From Hyaloraphidium curvatum SAG 235-1 (lineage: Eukaryota; Fungi; Monoblepharomycota), in the NCBI GenBank assembly GCA_025558095.1, contig JAIVFI010000038.1:1-64000 (forward strand): 64,000 nucleotides of DNA. The letters run 5' to 3'. Below, in pieces: positions 43,958-54,685 of the stretch. A program made the position numbers and the translations under genes. Every line of letters begins with the position of its first letter. Positions within the stretch are counted from its first letter, which is position 1. Under the pieces are notes generated by a model. The model was not told the DNA's origin. It saw only the letters and a list, made by a program, of their open reading frames with translations, and searched no databases.

Positions 43958-45020
43958 ATGTGCTCCCCCGCGGCCCCGCACCTCCGCCCTCCCTTCTCCC
44001 TCGCACTCGTCCTCCTCTTCCTGGCCGCCGCCATTTCTCCCACCGCCGCCTGGTCCAACAGTGCCGGGAGCATGTGCTCAGTCACTTCGGACATCGGGCA
44101 GCTCACCTCGTCGCGCCACGGCAGCGGGTCGTCGGGGTCGGCAAGCATCTCGGCGGCGTCGTCGGGCGGGAGCTACACGGTCACGCTGCAGGGGTCGGGG
44201 AGCTATAAGGGGCTGCTGTTGACGGGTGGGTTGGTCGATGCGCGGGTGCAGAAGTGGCTGCCTCCGTCGCTGACGGTTGTGTCTGTAGCTCGCGACGCCA
44301 GCGGGAATGCCGTCGGCGCTTTCTCTGGAATACCCTCGGGGCTGTCGGTCAAGTCGGATTGCTCTGGTTCCTCCGGTTCCATTTTGGAGCACAATGTGGG
44401 TGGCCCGCGATGGATTACCTGTCTCGCGGCGGCTGACCTGCAATTTGCAGAGCGCTTCTTCAAAGGCGCTCCCGCTCAAGCTGACTTGGAGCCCGGGCAG
44501 CTCTTCGCTTGCGGACGGGACTCAGATCAAGTTCGAGGTAAGAGCCGCATCGCGTTTGGGGCGCCAATAATTCGCTTAAACCTTCCGTGTCTTATTTCAG
44601 GCAATCGTGCTCACGGCAATGACCTCGTGGTCCGTCGCCTCTGCTGGAACCATCACCTACGCGTCTTCGGGAACTACGAGCTCGTCGAGCTCATCCGGGA
44701 CCGGCAGCAGTTCCACGGCCACCGCGTCTCCATCCGCCGGATCCTCAACAGCATCATCTTCTTCATCCTCTTCCTCAACCTCCACGACCGCAACTTCGTC
44801 CTCGAACTCCAGACCGATCCTGATCGGCGCGATCGTGGGCATCGCCGTCGCGGCAACGCTCGCGACCGCCGCGATCGTGGTCGCCGTCAGGCGCCGGCGG
44901 CGGAATGCGCGCGCGCGGGAACAGGCGATGGAGCAGGCGACGAACCCGTTGCCGCCGGGCGGATCGTATTTGGCGGATGAGGTCGTGTGGAGGGATGGGT
45001 CGGAGCGACCGGCGATTTGA
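43958..45020 (+). CDS. Reeler-domain cell-surface protein with Ser/Thr stalk and single TM helix
   Basis: Signal peptide; YTVTL, YKGLLLT/ARDASGNAVGAF, C...LEHN, K..LTWSP, IKFE/AIVL fit the Reeler pattern; TM ILIGAIVGIAVAATLATAAIVVAV followed by RRRRR; 3 introns. Confidence 0.75.
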
Positions 45021-45338
45021 GGAGACGCAGGTGCGAGTCTCGACGACCTCCGGCACGCAGCCCCGGTTGGTCACGTATGCTTTTTCGGTTGGTTGGGAAG
45101 CAAGGCGATACCACTGCAATATACACTTTGAAGTGAAGAAGTGACTCGGTGTACATCGGTGCCGAGGCTTTCCGTCCAACTCATGTCGTCGCAGAGGGGC
45201 TGGCACGGCCTGGACTCACCGATCTTCGATTGATGCAAGGTCGACGCCGATCGCCGCCGGCTTTGGTATACCCAAGAAGCTGTTTCAGATCCAAAGAGAA
45301 AAGCCCGCACGCCTCTTCGTCTGCGACCCTCCCGCCGC

Positions 45339-46994
45339 CTACCCATCCGCCGCCTTCGACCCGCCCGCCGCCGAGCCCCCCTCCGCCGCCTTGTGCCCCG
45401 CCAGCTCCATCAGCTTCCTCTTGACCCCCTCCGCCCTACCTCTCAGCTCCGCAAACAACCTGTCCCTCTCCTCCAGCTTCTCCTCCAGCTCCTTCCTCTC
45501 CCCCTCGAGCTGCGCGATCCGCGCGTCCCTGTCCCGCAGCAGGTTGCGCAGGCGGGCGGCTTCGGCGTGCAGGCGGAGGTGCTCGGCGTCGCGGGTGCGC
45601 GCGAGGGGGAGGAGCGAGGTGATCGCCTGCTCGAGGGATCCCGGGCGCGGAGGGGCGACGGGGGCCCGCGGGCCGACGGGGGGTCGCGGGCCGGTGGGGG
45701 CGGTGTTGGGCGGAGTGGGCAGCGCGGGGCGTTTCGCAGCGGGGGTGGGGAAGGAGGGAGTAGGCGCGGGGCGTTTCTTGGGGGCGGGTGTGGGGGCGTC
45801 CGAGTCGGTGGCGGAGTCGTCGCCGCTCGATGCCGGGCGGGCGGGGCGGCGCTTGAGCGCCGGCCCGGGCATGCGGGTGGGCGGCTTGTTCGCGGCGGGC
45901 TTGACACCCTGCGGCGCCTTGGCCTTGCCGTTTCCGGCCGAGCTTTTCCTCGGCTCCGCCGTGCGCTCCTTGCCCTCCCCCGACGCTGCCCTCGCCTCCC
46001 TCTCGACTTGGGCCCTCTTCCGCCTCTCGTTCTTGATGAGCTTGACGGTGTCCAGGTCCGGCGCGTAAAGGTTCTCGACCAGCGCAAACTCGGCCCTCCT
46101 CGACGCGCGGTCGACCAGCGCGATGTCGGCGCCCGCGGCGGCGAGCATCCCCAGCGATTCGCGCGAATTGGTGGCCGCGGCCCAGTAGTACGCCGTGCGG
46201 TTGAAGTGGTCGCGGGCGTCGAGCTGCACGCCCGGCTGGGCGATCAGGAAGCGGACGACCTCGGGGCAGCCTTCGGCGTTCTGGAAGGCGGCGGCCATCA
46301 GCGCCGTGTGTCCCCATCCGTCCGCCGCGTTGATGCCGAGCTGCTCCACCAGGGTCTTGGTGGCTTCCAGGTCGCCGGTGAATGCGGCCTGGATCAGCCG
46401 CGCAATCGGGTCTGGCTCCGCGGGAGGCTGCAGCCACGCGCCCAGCGCCGAGGGGTCCCCTCCCTTCTCCTCGATCTTGGCGACGATCCTGGTGCGGATG
46501 GCCTCGGGTATCACAAGCAGCGAGAAGGACTCGACGTCGCCGCGCTCCGACGCCAGCATCGGCATGGAAAAGTCCGCGTTGCGGGCCAGCAGCACGTCGA
46601 CGGCGGCCTCGTGCTCCTGCACCGCTGCGTACCACGCCGCCGTGCGGCCCCAGTAGTTGCGGGCGTTGATGTCGATCCCGGGGTGCGCCAGCAGCGCCTC
46701 CATGCACTCGACCTCGCCGCTCCAGGACGCGCCCATCAGCGGCGAGTGGCCCTTCTCGCCCTTCGCGTTCACGTCCGTCCGCGGGTCGGCGAGCAGCGCG
46801 TTGACGCACGCGAGCTGGCCCGATTTGGCGGCGGCGTGCAGCGCCGTAAGGCCGCGCGACGAGAACGCGTTCGGGTCGATGCCGGCGGCAAGCAGCGCAG
46901 AGAGCGACGCGAGGTCGCCGAGCTCCGCCGCCGCGTGCATCGGGGAATGGTACGGCGCCGGAGCGCGCCTCTGCCGCGCAGTCTTGGGGACCAT
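45339..46994 (-). CDS. Ankyrin-repeat protein with Pro/Lys-rich linker and C-terminal coiled coil (intronless)
   Basis: SPMHAAA, GLTALHAAA, GHSPLMGAS, GRTAAWYAA, GHTALMAAA, NRTAYYWAA repeats. Confidence 0.9.
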   Translation of the reverse strand: MVPKTARQRRAPAPYHSPMHAAAELGDLASLSALLAAGIDPNAFSSRGLTALHAAAKSGQLACVNALLADPRTDVNAKGEKGHSPLMGASWSGEVECMEALLAHPGIDINARNYWGRTAAWYAAVQEHEAAVDVLLARNADFSMPMLASERGDVESFSLLVIPEAIRTRIVAKIEEKGGDPSALGAWLQPPAEPDPIARLIQAAFTGDLEATKTLVEQLGINAADGWGHTALMAAAFQNAEGCPEVVRFLIAQPGVQLDARDHFNRTAYYWAAATNSRESLGMLAAAGADIALVDRASRRAEFALVENLYAPDLDTVKLIKNERRKRAQVEREARAASGEGKERTAEPRKSSAGNGKAKAPQGVKPAANKPPTRMPGPALKRRPARPASSGDDSATDSDAPTPAPKKRPAPTPSFPTPAAKRPALPTPPNTAPTGPRPPVGPRAPVAPPRPGSLEQAITSLLPLARTRDAEHLRLHAEAARLRNLLRDRDARIAQLEGERKELEEKLEERDRLFAELRGRAEGVKRKLMELAGHKAAEGGSAAGGSKAADG

Positions 46995-47546
46995 CGTTCG
47001 GGTTACACGCGTTCTGTCGGACCGGGCAAGCCCGTGCGGGAGACGCGTGGGAGGCGCCTCTCGCGTCGGAAACGCGCACCCCCGGCAAAATGCTTCCCGT
47101 TCTGGCTCAAAGATGCCATGTGAGTCCTCGGGAACAAAGGCAGCTGATGGAATTAGTATCGTCTCGGACGGTGCACAGAGGTTCGTGAACGCGCTGTAAC
47201 AACCATTTCGTCCTCCACGGAACAGGTCCAGGATGCCCATATGGCGAGCGATTTGTTGGTCTTCTTACGCCGAAGTCAGGTGGTCAGAGATGAATGCCGC
47301 TTGTCGCGTCTGGTGGCGGAAGCGTCACAATCTGAGGACAAACGTCTCTGAGTGTTTCCACGATTGTCTTCGCTACCTAACCATAAACGTGGCGGGCATG
47401 GGCCGACGGTTTCAGGTGCTGGGCACGCTCCGAAGCCCCCGTGATGCGGGTGGACGACGACCAAGTGGAACGAGGACGCAGGAACCCCACGAGGTCCAAA
47501 TGAGAAGATGTCTTCCAATACGGTCCACAACGCCGGTCCCGGAAGC

Positions 47547-47966
47547 TTATCCTCCCTTGATCTCCTCCTCCGTCGGCATCCGCACCGGCAACCCTGCGTC
47601 CCTCCAGTCCAGGAAACCGCCAGCGTTCTCGGTCCTGAACCCCCTCCCCTTCAGGTACTCGGCCACGGCGCCCGACCTCGCCCCTGCCGCGCAGTAGAAC
47701 GCCATCTCCCTGTCCTTGTTCTCCTCCAAGAGCTTCTTCCACGCGTCCGATCCGGCCTGCAGCTGCCCGAGCGAGAGCAGCCGCGCGGGCGCGGCAACCC
47801 CCGTCTTCCACTCGGCGGGCTCGCGGACGTCCACGAGGACCGTGGTGCCGGCTTCCACGCGTTTGGCGAGGGCGGCGAGCGGGGAGGGCGGTGGAGAGGC
47901 GATCGCGCGGGAGGGCAGGCGGAACACCGCGGCGCGGGGCACCTTGCGAGGGAGCTGGCGGAACAT
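47547..47966 (-). CDS. Single-domain rhodanese (sulfurtransferase), possible mitochondrial presequence
   Basis: VLVDVREPAEW, active loop YCAAGARS, GGFLDWRDAGLP; Arg-rich N-terminus MFRQLPRKVPRAAVFR. Confidence 0.9.
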   Translation of the reverse strand: MFRQLPRKVPRAAVFRLPSRAIASPPPSPLAALAKRVEAGTTVLVDVREPAEWKTGVAAPARLLSLGQLQAGSDAWKKLLEENKDREMAFYCAAGARSGAVAEYLKGRGFRTENAGGFLDWRDAGLPVRMPTEEEIKGG

Positions 47967-48806
47967 CGCGGTCGGTCCGTGGGCAGGTGGTCCAGAACTC
48001 TTCGCGGGCCAAGTTTCGGGTCAGAGGCCGCCCTGCCGGGCCGGAAATCGCGTTGCCGAAAAGGAAGTGGACGCCGAGCTGGCCAGCTGCTGACAAATCG
48101 CAGCGCTAGCTCACGCTCGACACTCGACCATGGCCGGATGGATCGAAGACCTTGGTACGAGAAGACTGAACCACACGACCTTGTTATCGAAAGCGGCATC
48201 CGCGCTACGTCCGTCCCAACGCCTTGCCCCTTCCTCCCACGCTGCCTTCCCTCAGAATCGATAGCATGTGGCATATGCAGCTTGGCAGCGTGCTCTAGTC
48301 CATCATTCCGGCCGACGGGACGGTGTTCTGCGAGCCCTGCCCGCGAGCGACCTCGGAGGAAGCGCGGAGAGCTTGCGGGGGCTGCGTACGCTCGCGGACT
48401 TGGGTGGCCTAGATCGGACCGAGGTCTTTGGCGTTGAAGAGTTGCGGAGGCTGGTAGCCGACTACGAGGTGTGATTGGCTAGCGCGTATCCGAATCGGAC
48501 AGCTGAAGACGGACCGAAGCCTCGTTGAGACCAACTGTACCGACTGTATCTGCTGGAATCGGCGAAAGAGACAATCTGCCTCCGTCTTCATGTATGTCTA
48601 TATGCCCATTCGTGATGAAGACAAGGAGGAAGAAATGGGAGACTGCTGAGAAGGCGTGCGGCGGGTGATTGCACACAGCCATCCGACAAATGACGCCACC
48701 TCTATGGCGCGCGCCCGGGCATCCGGCCAACCCGTTTTGCGAATCTGGCGCGTTCGCGAGCATTTAAGCGCGTTCGACAGACGTGAACGCCGGCCGCAGT
48801 TAGACG

Positions 48807-50207
48807 ATGGCCTCACCAGCGACGCAGCCCGTCACCGACCACACTCCCGTTCCCCCCGCCCCCGCGCCCCAGAGGCACCTGGCGGGAACCAAAGCCGACC
48901 CGGCCAAGAAGAGCTTGTTCGCGGCTCCGGGGGCCAAGGTAACGGACCTCACGCGCAACATCGGGACGGAAGTGCTCGGGCTGCAGGTGCGGAGACGGCA
49001 TCCTCGTGCTGGCTCCTTGTTGACGTTCCACGCCACCGCGGCACAGCTCAAGGACTTCACCGACCAGCAGCTCGAGGATCTGGTCCTCCTGATCGCCGAG
49101 CGCGGTGTGGTCTTTTTCCGCGACCAGGATCTGAACCCCGAGCGCCTGGCCGCCATCGGCCGCCGCCTCGGCAAGACGCACGACCGCGTCCCAGGCGTTT
49201 CGCCCGACCCCCGGTTCCCGGACGTCCAGGAGATCCGCGTGGATGCCAGCAGCAAGAGGAACCCCGGGAATTGGCACCAAGATCACAGCGCGGACGACGA
49301 GCCTGCGGCTGTTACCTTTTCGTATTACACGGAGGTTCCGGATGCTCCTGGTGGCGACACTCTCTGGTGGGCTTGATGACAGGGCTGTCCCGCAATCACC
49401 GTGGACGCCGTTCTGATCGCTCGGGGGCAGGGCATCGTTGTATGAGGCGTACGACAAGCTGTCTCCCGCCTTCCGGGCACTGCTGGAGAGGCTCGAGACG
49501 CTCCAGGAAGGCTCGTACTACCCGCACGCGGTCAACTACGAGCCTGCCCGAGGAGTGGGAACGATCGGTCTTGCGCGTGAAGGCCCGATCGACTGACCAA
49601 ATCTGCCCGCACAGATCCAGCCGCTCATCCGTACGCACCCCTTGACCGGCTGGCGCATCCTCTACGTCAATGCAGCTTGGTAGGCGCTCACCATCGCTGC
49701 GTCTTCCGTCCCTCGAGCTGACTCGCGCAATGCAGGGCCAAGCAGATCCGCGGCTTCACCAAGGCCGAATCCGACCTCCTGCTCAACTACCTGAACCAGT
49801 TCATCGCCAACGGCGTCGAATTCCAGGTCCGCTACCAGCTCAAGAAAAACACCGTGGCACTCTGGGACAACCGCGCCGTGCAACACGTCGCTACATGGTG
49901 CGTGACTTGGACCCCAATCGCGCTGTTATGGGAACTGATCCGAAATGGTCGCTTCTGCAGGGACTACTTCCCGGACAAGCGCGTGCTCAACCGTGTCGTC
50001 GTCCGCGGCGAACCCGCCTTCTTTGATCCCAAGTCCAGGTCGCGCCGGGAAGCCCTCGGGATCCCGATCACCCCGTCGTGGCGCGGCGACATCGCCAACT
50101 CGATCGCCGACATCTACGCGAGCAACCGCGAGCGCGCATTCACGGACGAGCAGCTCTACCGGCACCTGAAGAACAAGTTCGAGGGCGGCGACAAGGGGAA
50201 GCTCTGA
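48807..50207 (+). CDS. TauD/TfdA-family Fe(II)/2-oxoglutarate dioxygenase (sulfonate/sulfate-ester type)
   Basis: IGTEVLGLQL, LIAERGVVFFRDQD, WHQD (HxD), GGDTLW, RTHPLTG, LYVN, WDNRAVQH, LNRVVVRGE; 5 introns. Confidence 0.92.
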
Positions 50208-50430
50208 GGCGTTCCGAGGGACGCGGAAGTTTCATGGTGCAGTCCGGCAACGATGTATCCGTATTGCACATTTATGCACAATTTTGAAGTCTGGCCGATC
50301 AGCTTTCTACCGCACCTGTTGCGGCAGTGGTCGTCTGAACCATCCGCCCTGACGCGATTGATCCATTGCGCAATCTCATCTGTCGCTCGCGCACAGCCAC
50401 TCCGGGCCACCCCTGCACCCCCAACCAACA

Positions 50431-52028
50431 ATGACGCTTGACCGCAGGCCGAGAACGATTGCCGTCATCGGCGGGGGAGCCTCGGGCATCATCGCGGCGA
50501 AGGAACTCCGCGACGTGGGCGGATTCGCCTTGGAGTCGGTGACAGTTTTCGAGCTCCAGCATGCCATCGGCGGCGTTTGGGTTCTCACGGAGGGCTCGCC
50601 GCTCGACCTGGACTTCAGGGACCCCAATTTCGCGAAGCGAGGTGCGCTTTCTCATCCTCTCGCTCGGAACAGGCGTTCGCTGACGCGCCTTGGCGCTGCG
50701 CAGATCCCTATGATTCGACGTCGCTCTACCCCGACCTGCGGACGCAAATGCCGGTCTCTGCGGTTCAGTTCCGCGACTTTCCCGTCCCTCCGAACGTGGA
50801 GATGTTCCCCCGGGCGCAGGTCGTCGCCGAGTACATACAGGCCTACTCGGACCACCACGGCGTGACCCCGCGGGTGAAGCTCAACACCAAGGTGGACCAG
50901 CTCTACTGGAACGCGGACAGGAAGACGTGGACGGTGGTGACCAGGAGGAAGCAGCCAAAGTCTGTGCGATGCGGCCGTGCCCGCCCGATTGCTTCACCGA
51001 CGCACGCTCGTGCAGATCGCAAATCCGGCTCGGCGACTTTGACTCTGCATGGGGCGACGAGGTCCGCAGCGAGTTTGATGCTGTGGTCGTCGCCTCGGGA
51101 CACTACACCTTCCCGACCGTGCCCTCGATCCCCGGGCAGGAATCCTTCCCCGCGCGGTTCATCCACTCGCACGACTTCCGCGACCCCGCCGACTTCCGCG
51201 GCTTGAACGTGCTCATCATCGGCTCGGGCACATCCGCCACGGACCAGGCCAGGCTGCTCTGGAAGCACGCCAGGAAGGTCTGGGTGTCGACTCGCGACTC
51301 GCGGATCTGGGAGGTCGAGAAGCTGGACGACTTTGTGCGGGACCGCGGGGCGCCCCTGCAGAAGGTGGCGGCGGTGGCCGAGTTTGTTGCGAACGGCGGG
51401 AGGCGCGCCGCGATCCTGGAGGACGGATCGGCCATCGAGGACATCGGGGCGGTCATCCTCGCAACAGGCTACCGCTTCGAGTTCCCGTTCCTGCGCAAGG
51501 GTTCAGCTCACGGACCGCTTTCGGACGTCGGTGCGGACCTACCTCCCGGCAAGGAGTACGAGGAATTGATCGCGGACGGCACGGGGCGGACGGTGAAGAA
51601 CCTCTGGAAGAAGGTAATCTACACCCGGAATCCCAGCCTGGCGTTCGTGGGCCTGCCGCTCAAGATCCTATCGTTCCCGCTGTTTGAGTTCCAGGTACGT
51701 TCGGCGCATTCGTCCTCCTTGTTCCGCGAAGCCCGCCGCTGACCGCGATCGCCAGTCCGCCGTCCCTGCCAAGCTTTGGTCCGGCCAGGTCTCCATTCCC
51801 CAGGACCCGGAGCACCTCCTCCGCCTCGAGGAGGAGGAAGCACGATCCTACGGCGCGGCGGACCGGAACGACCGCCTGACGATGCTCATGACGGCGTTCC
51901 AGTGGGACTACCAGGACGGGCTGTCGGACTTCCTGGGCATATGGCGCTTTGGGGAGGAGCGCAAGAAGGAAATCGTCGATGGTGTCAAGTGGTGGTTCAC
52001 GAAGCGGTACGCGCAGGTGCACTACTAG
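50431..52028 (+). CDS. Flavin-containing monooxygenase (class B FMO)
   Basis: IGGGASG, IGGVW, LYPDLRT, FPARFIHSHDFR (FMO fingerprint), IGSGTSATD, ATGY; 3 introns. Confidence 0.92.
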
Positions 52029-52148
52029 ACGTTGGATATGGCGAGCACGGGCCCGACCCATAGAAGACTTGCTCATAGAAAACTGTATCATTGCCATTGT
52101 ATCGCAGTTTAACCCACACGGGGTGCGGTCTACAGTCTCCTTCTTCCT

Positions 52149-53820
52149 CTACTTCTTGAAGAACAGAACGTCCCCTGCCATACCGAGACCAATCAGCCCC
52201 CCCATCGACCCACGGAACCGCAAGGCGCGACCCACCTTCGTCCTCCACGAACCTGCACTCGGTCCAGCTCTTCCACACGCTGCTGAGCACCCCCTCATCC
52301 GAAAAGTGGTACCACTCCCCCATGACCTTCTTGAGGGCCTCGGTGGCCTCGCCGGCGTTGTAGTGCGGCATGGTCGAGAAGAGGTGGTGCGCGACGTGGG
52401 TGTCGGTGATGTGGTGGAAGAGGTAGTCGAGGATGCCGTAGGAGCGGTCGACCGTGGCCAGGGCGCCGAGGGTGAAGGTCCAGGTGGGGGCGCGGTAGTG
52501 CGGGATGGCGGGGTGGGTGTGCTGGGGAGCGGGGCGGTCAGACCAACGGAGCAGGCGAACCCGAGACTCGAGGACCAACCTGGAGGAAGGTGATGGTGAC
52601 GAGCCAGAAGTTGACCCAGAGCCAGGGCATGAGGTACCACCGCCACACGGCGCCGGTGCCGAACACGTGGCCGGCGTACACGAGCGCGGCGATCATGGCA
52701 ACGATGCCGATGTCCGAGTTGATGACCTTGCTGCGGGCGTTCTTGACGCCGGCAAAGATGGCGGCGGACGGGTTGAAGTGCGACGTCCATCTGCACGGAA
52801 CGGTACGTCAGCCAACGGCCGACCAGTGGCCCAAACGCGTAGCCCACCCATCGTGCTTCTGCCCCGCGGCGTTGAACGCCAGGTACCCGGGCCACCCCAG
52901 CGTCCACATGAACAGTATCCTCGCGATGTGCACGATCGGCACCGTCGCCAGCTCCGACGTCGGCTCCTCCTTCAGCGCCTCCAGCATCGCCTCCTGCTCG
53001 CTCATCACCTTGACTCCTCCCTTGGGCGCGGGCAGCCCCATGTCGCTCCGCGTGGCGGGGACAAAGACCTGGTCCTTGGTCATGTGGCCCGTGTGGTGGT
53101 GGTGCTTGGCGTGGGTGATCTGCCACGAGTAGTACGGGACCAGGAGGAGGGTGTGGAGGATGTAGCCGACGAGGTTGTTGAGGGCGGGGTTGGGGGAGAA
53201 GGCGTGGTGGCCGCATTCTGTCGAGGTCGGGGGATCAGCAACCGTTCGATGCCAAGAGGACGCAAAAGAGGGCATCGGTCAGGGGAGATGCACTCTGCGG
53301 GCAGTCTGCCTGCATCTGCGGCCCATACCCGCCCCGAATGCAACCCCGATCCGGGATTCGACGTACCATGTGCCAGCACCCACCACCCGGTGCCAAAGAC
53401 GCCCGTCACGAAGCCCCAGAGCCCCCATCCCGCGGCCCTCGCGGCCCACGGCAGTCCCGCCCACGCGTCGGTCCCCTGCAGCTTCCACATCCCGTAGTAC
53501 ATGGCGGCCAGCGCGATGCCGTCGTACACGACGTAGGCGAAGCTCCTCAGGAACGAGCGCTCGAAGCAGTGCGCCGGCACGGCATCGCGCAGCTGCTTGA
53601 GCGTGAACGGCGGCAGCCCCTTGAAGTCCGGCGGCACGTTGCCCGTCAGCTTGGGCGCGGCCTTGGCGGCGTCCTCGGGCGCGGCGACCGGGTCGGCGTC
53701 CACGTCGAGGAGCTCCGGCCGCGACGGGCGCCGCCGGCGCGGGGCATTGTCCTGCGCCTGCGGCGTGATCGCGGGCGCGTCGTCGCCGGAGGACCGCGGG
53801 GCGCGCTTGGCGGCGGGCAT
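52149..53820 (-). CDS. FAD2: Delta-12 (omega-6) fatty acid desaturase
   Basis: PPFTLKQLRDAVPAHCFERS, His boxes H/ECGH, HAKHH, HVAHH, TF/LQHT, ATVDR, MPHYNA, C-terminal GDVLFFKK. Confidence 0.93.
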
Positions 53821-54685
53821 GGTGGAGAGCTTTGCCTGGATCGGGTGACGCCGGGTGCGTTTTGGGGCATACGATTAGCCTATTGCTCACTCCCCCGGTT
53901 GACGCACCGACGCGGGTCCAAACGGACTAGACCTCCTTGTTCCTGGAAGTGGTGGCCGGGATGCGCTGCCTGCCGGGGTCTCGATGCTTCCGGAGGGGGA
54001 TCCGCGCGGCGATCGTTGTTCGCTCTCGGCGTCCCCGCCACACGGCCAAAGGGACAGGCCTTCCGGTAGACCGCTTTGAAAAGCTGTTCCCATGAAGCTC
54101 TTCATGTGAAAGAATTCACCAGCTTCAAACACATCTGGATGGGGATGCGGCTTTGGAGTCCGACCATTGTCAACCATTGGCACGGCCGGTCACACCCTTG
54201 CAAGGCATCGCGCCAGCTTCCGTACCGAAGCAAGGCGACGCAATTGACTGCCGATGGGATATCCGAATCGTTTTCCGCTGGACATCTGTCCTAGTCAACA
54301 GGTCAGCTTGCGGGTCGGAGGCCGATACGGCCGCGCGACGGATTGACTAGATGGCGCCATCCGGATTTGGTCCTCGTGTTGCTGGCTATATTCCCTTGCA
54401 CTGGATGGACTGGCAGATGTGGCCGGAGAGGACTGGCTTTATCGCGGATCGAGGAGGCTTCACAGGTTTCTGCACCTCGAGCACGTCCAGAATCCGCGCG
54501 CACCGGCGAATCGAGGACCAGCGGTCCATCTTTGCTTGCGACAAGAGCGTCTGTTGCGCGTTCCGGGCAGAGGATTCGGGATCGCAATCCTCCGCGCATC
54601 CCAGTCTGGGATGAGGCGGAGCAGGGACCCGTGTGTGGTCGTCATCCGAACCGAAGACGCGCCCCGTCCCGCGATCCCGCGGCGG

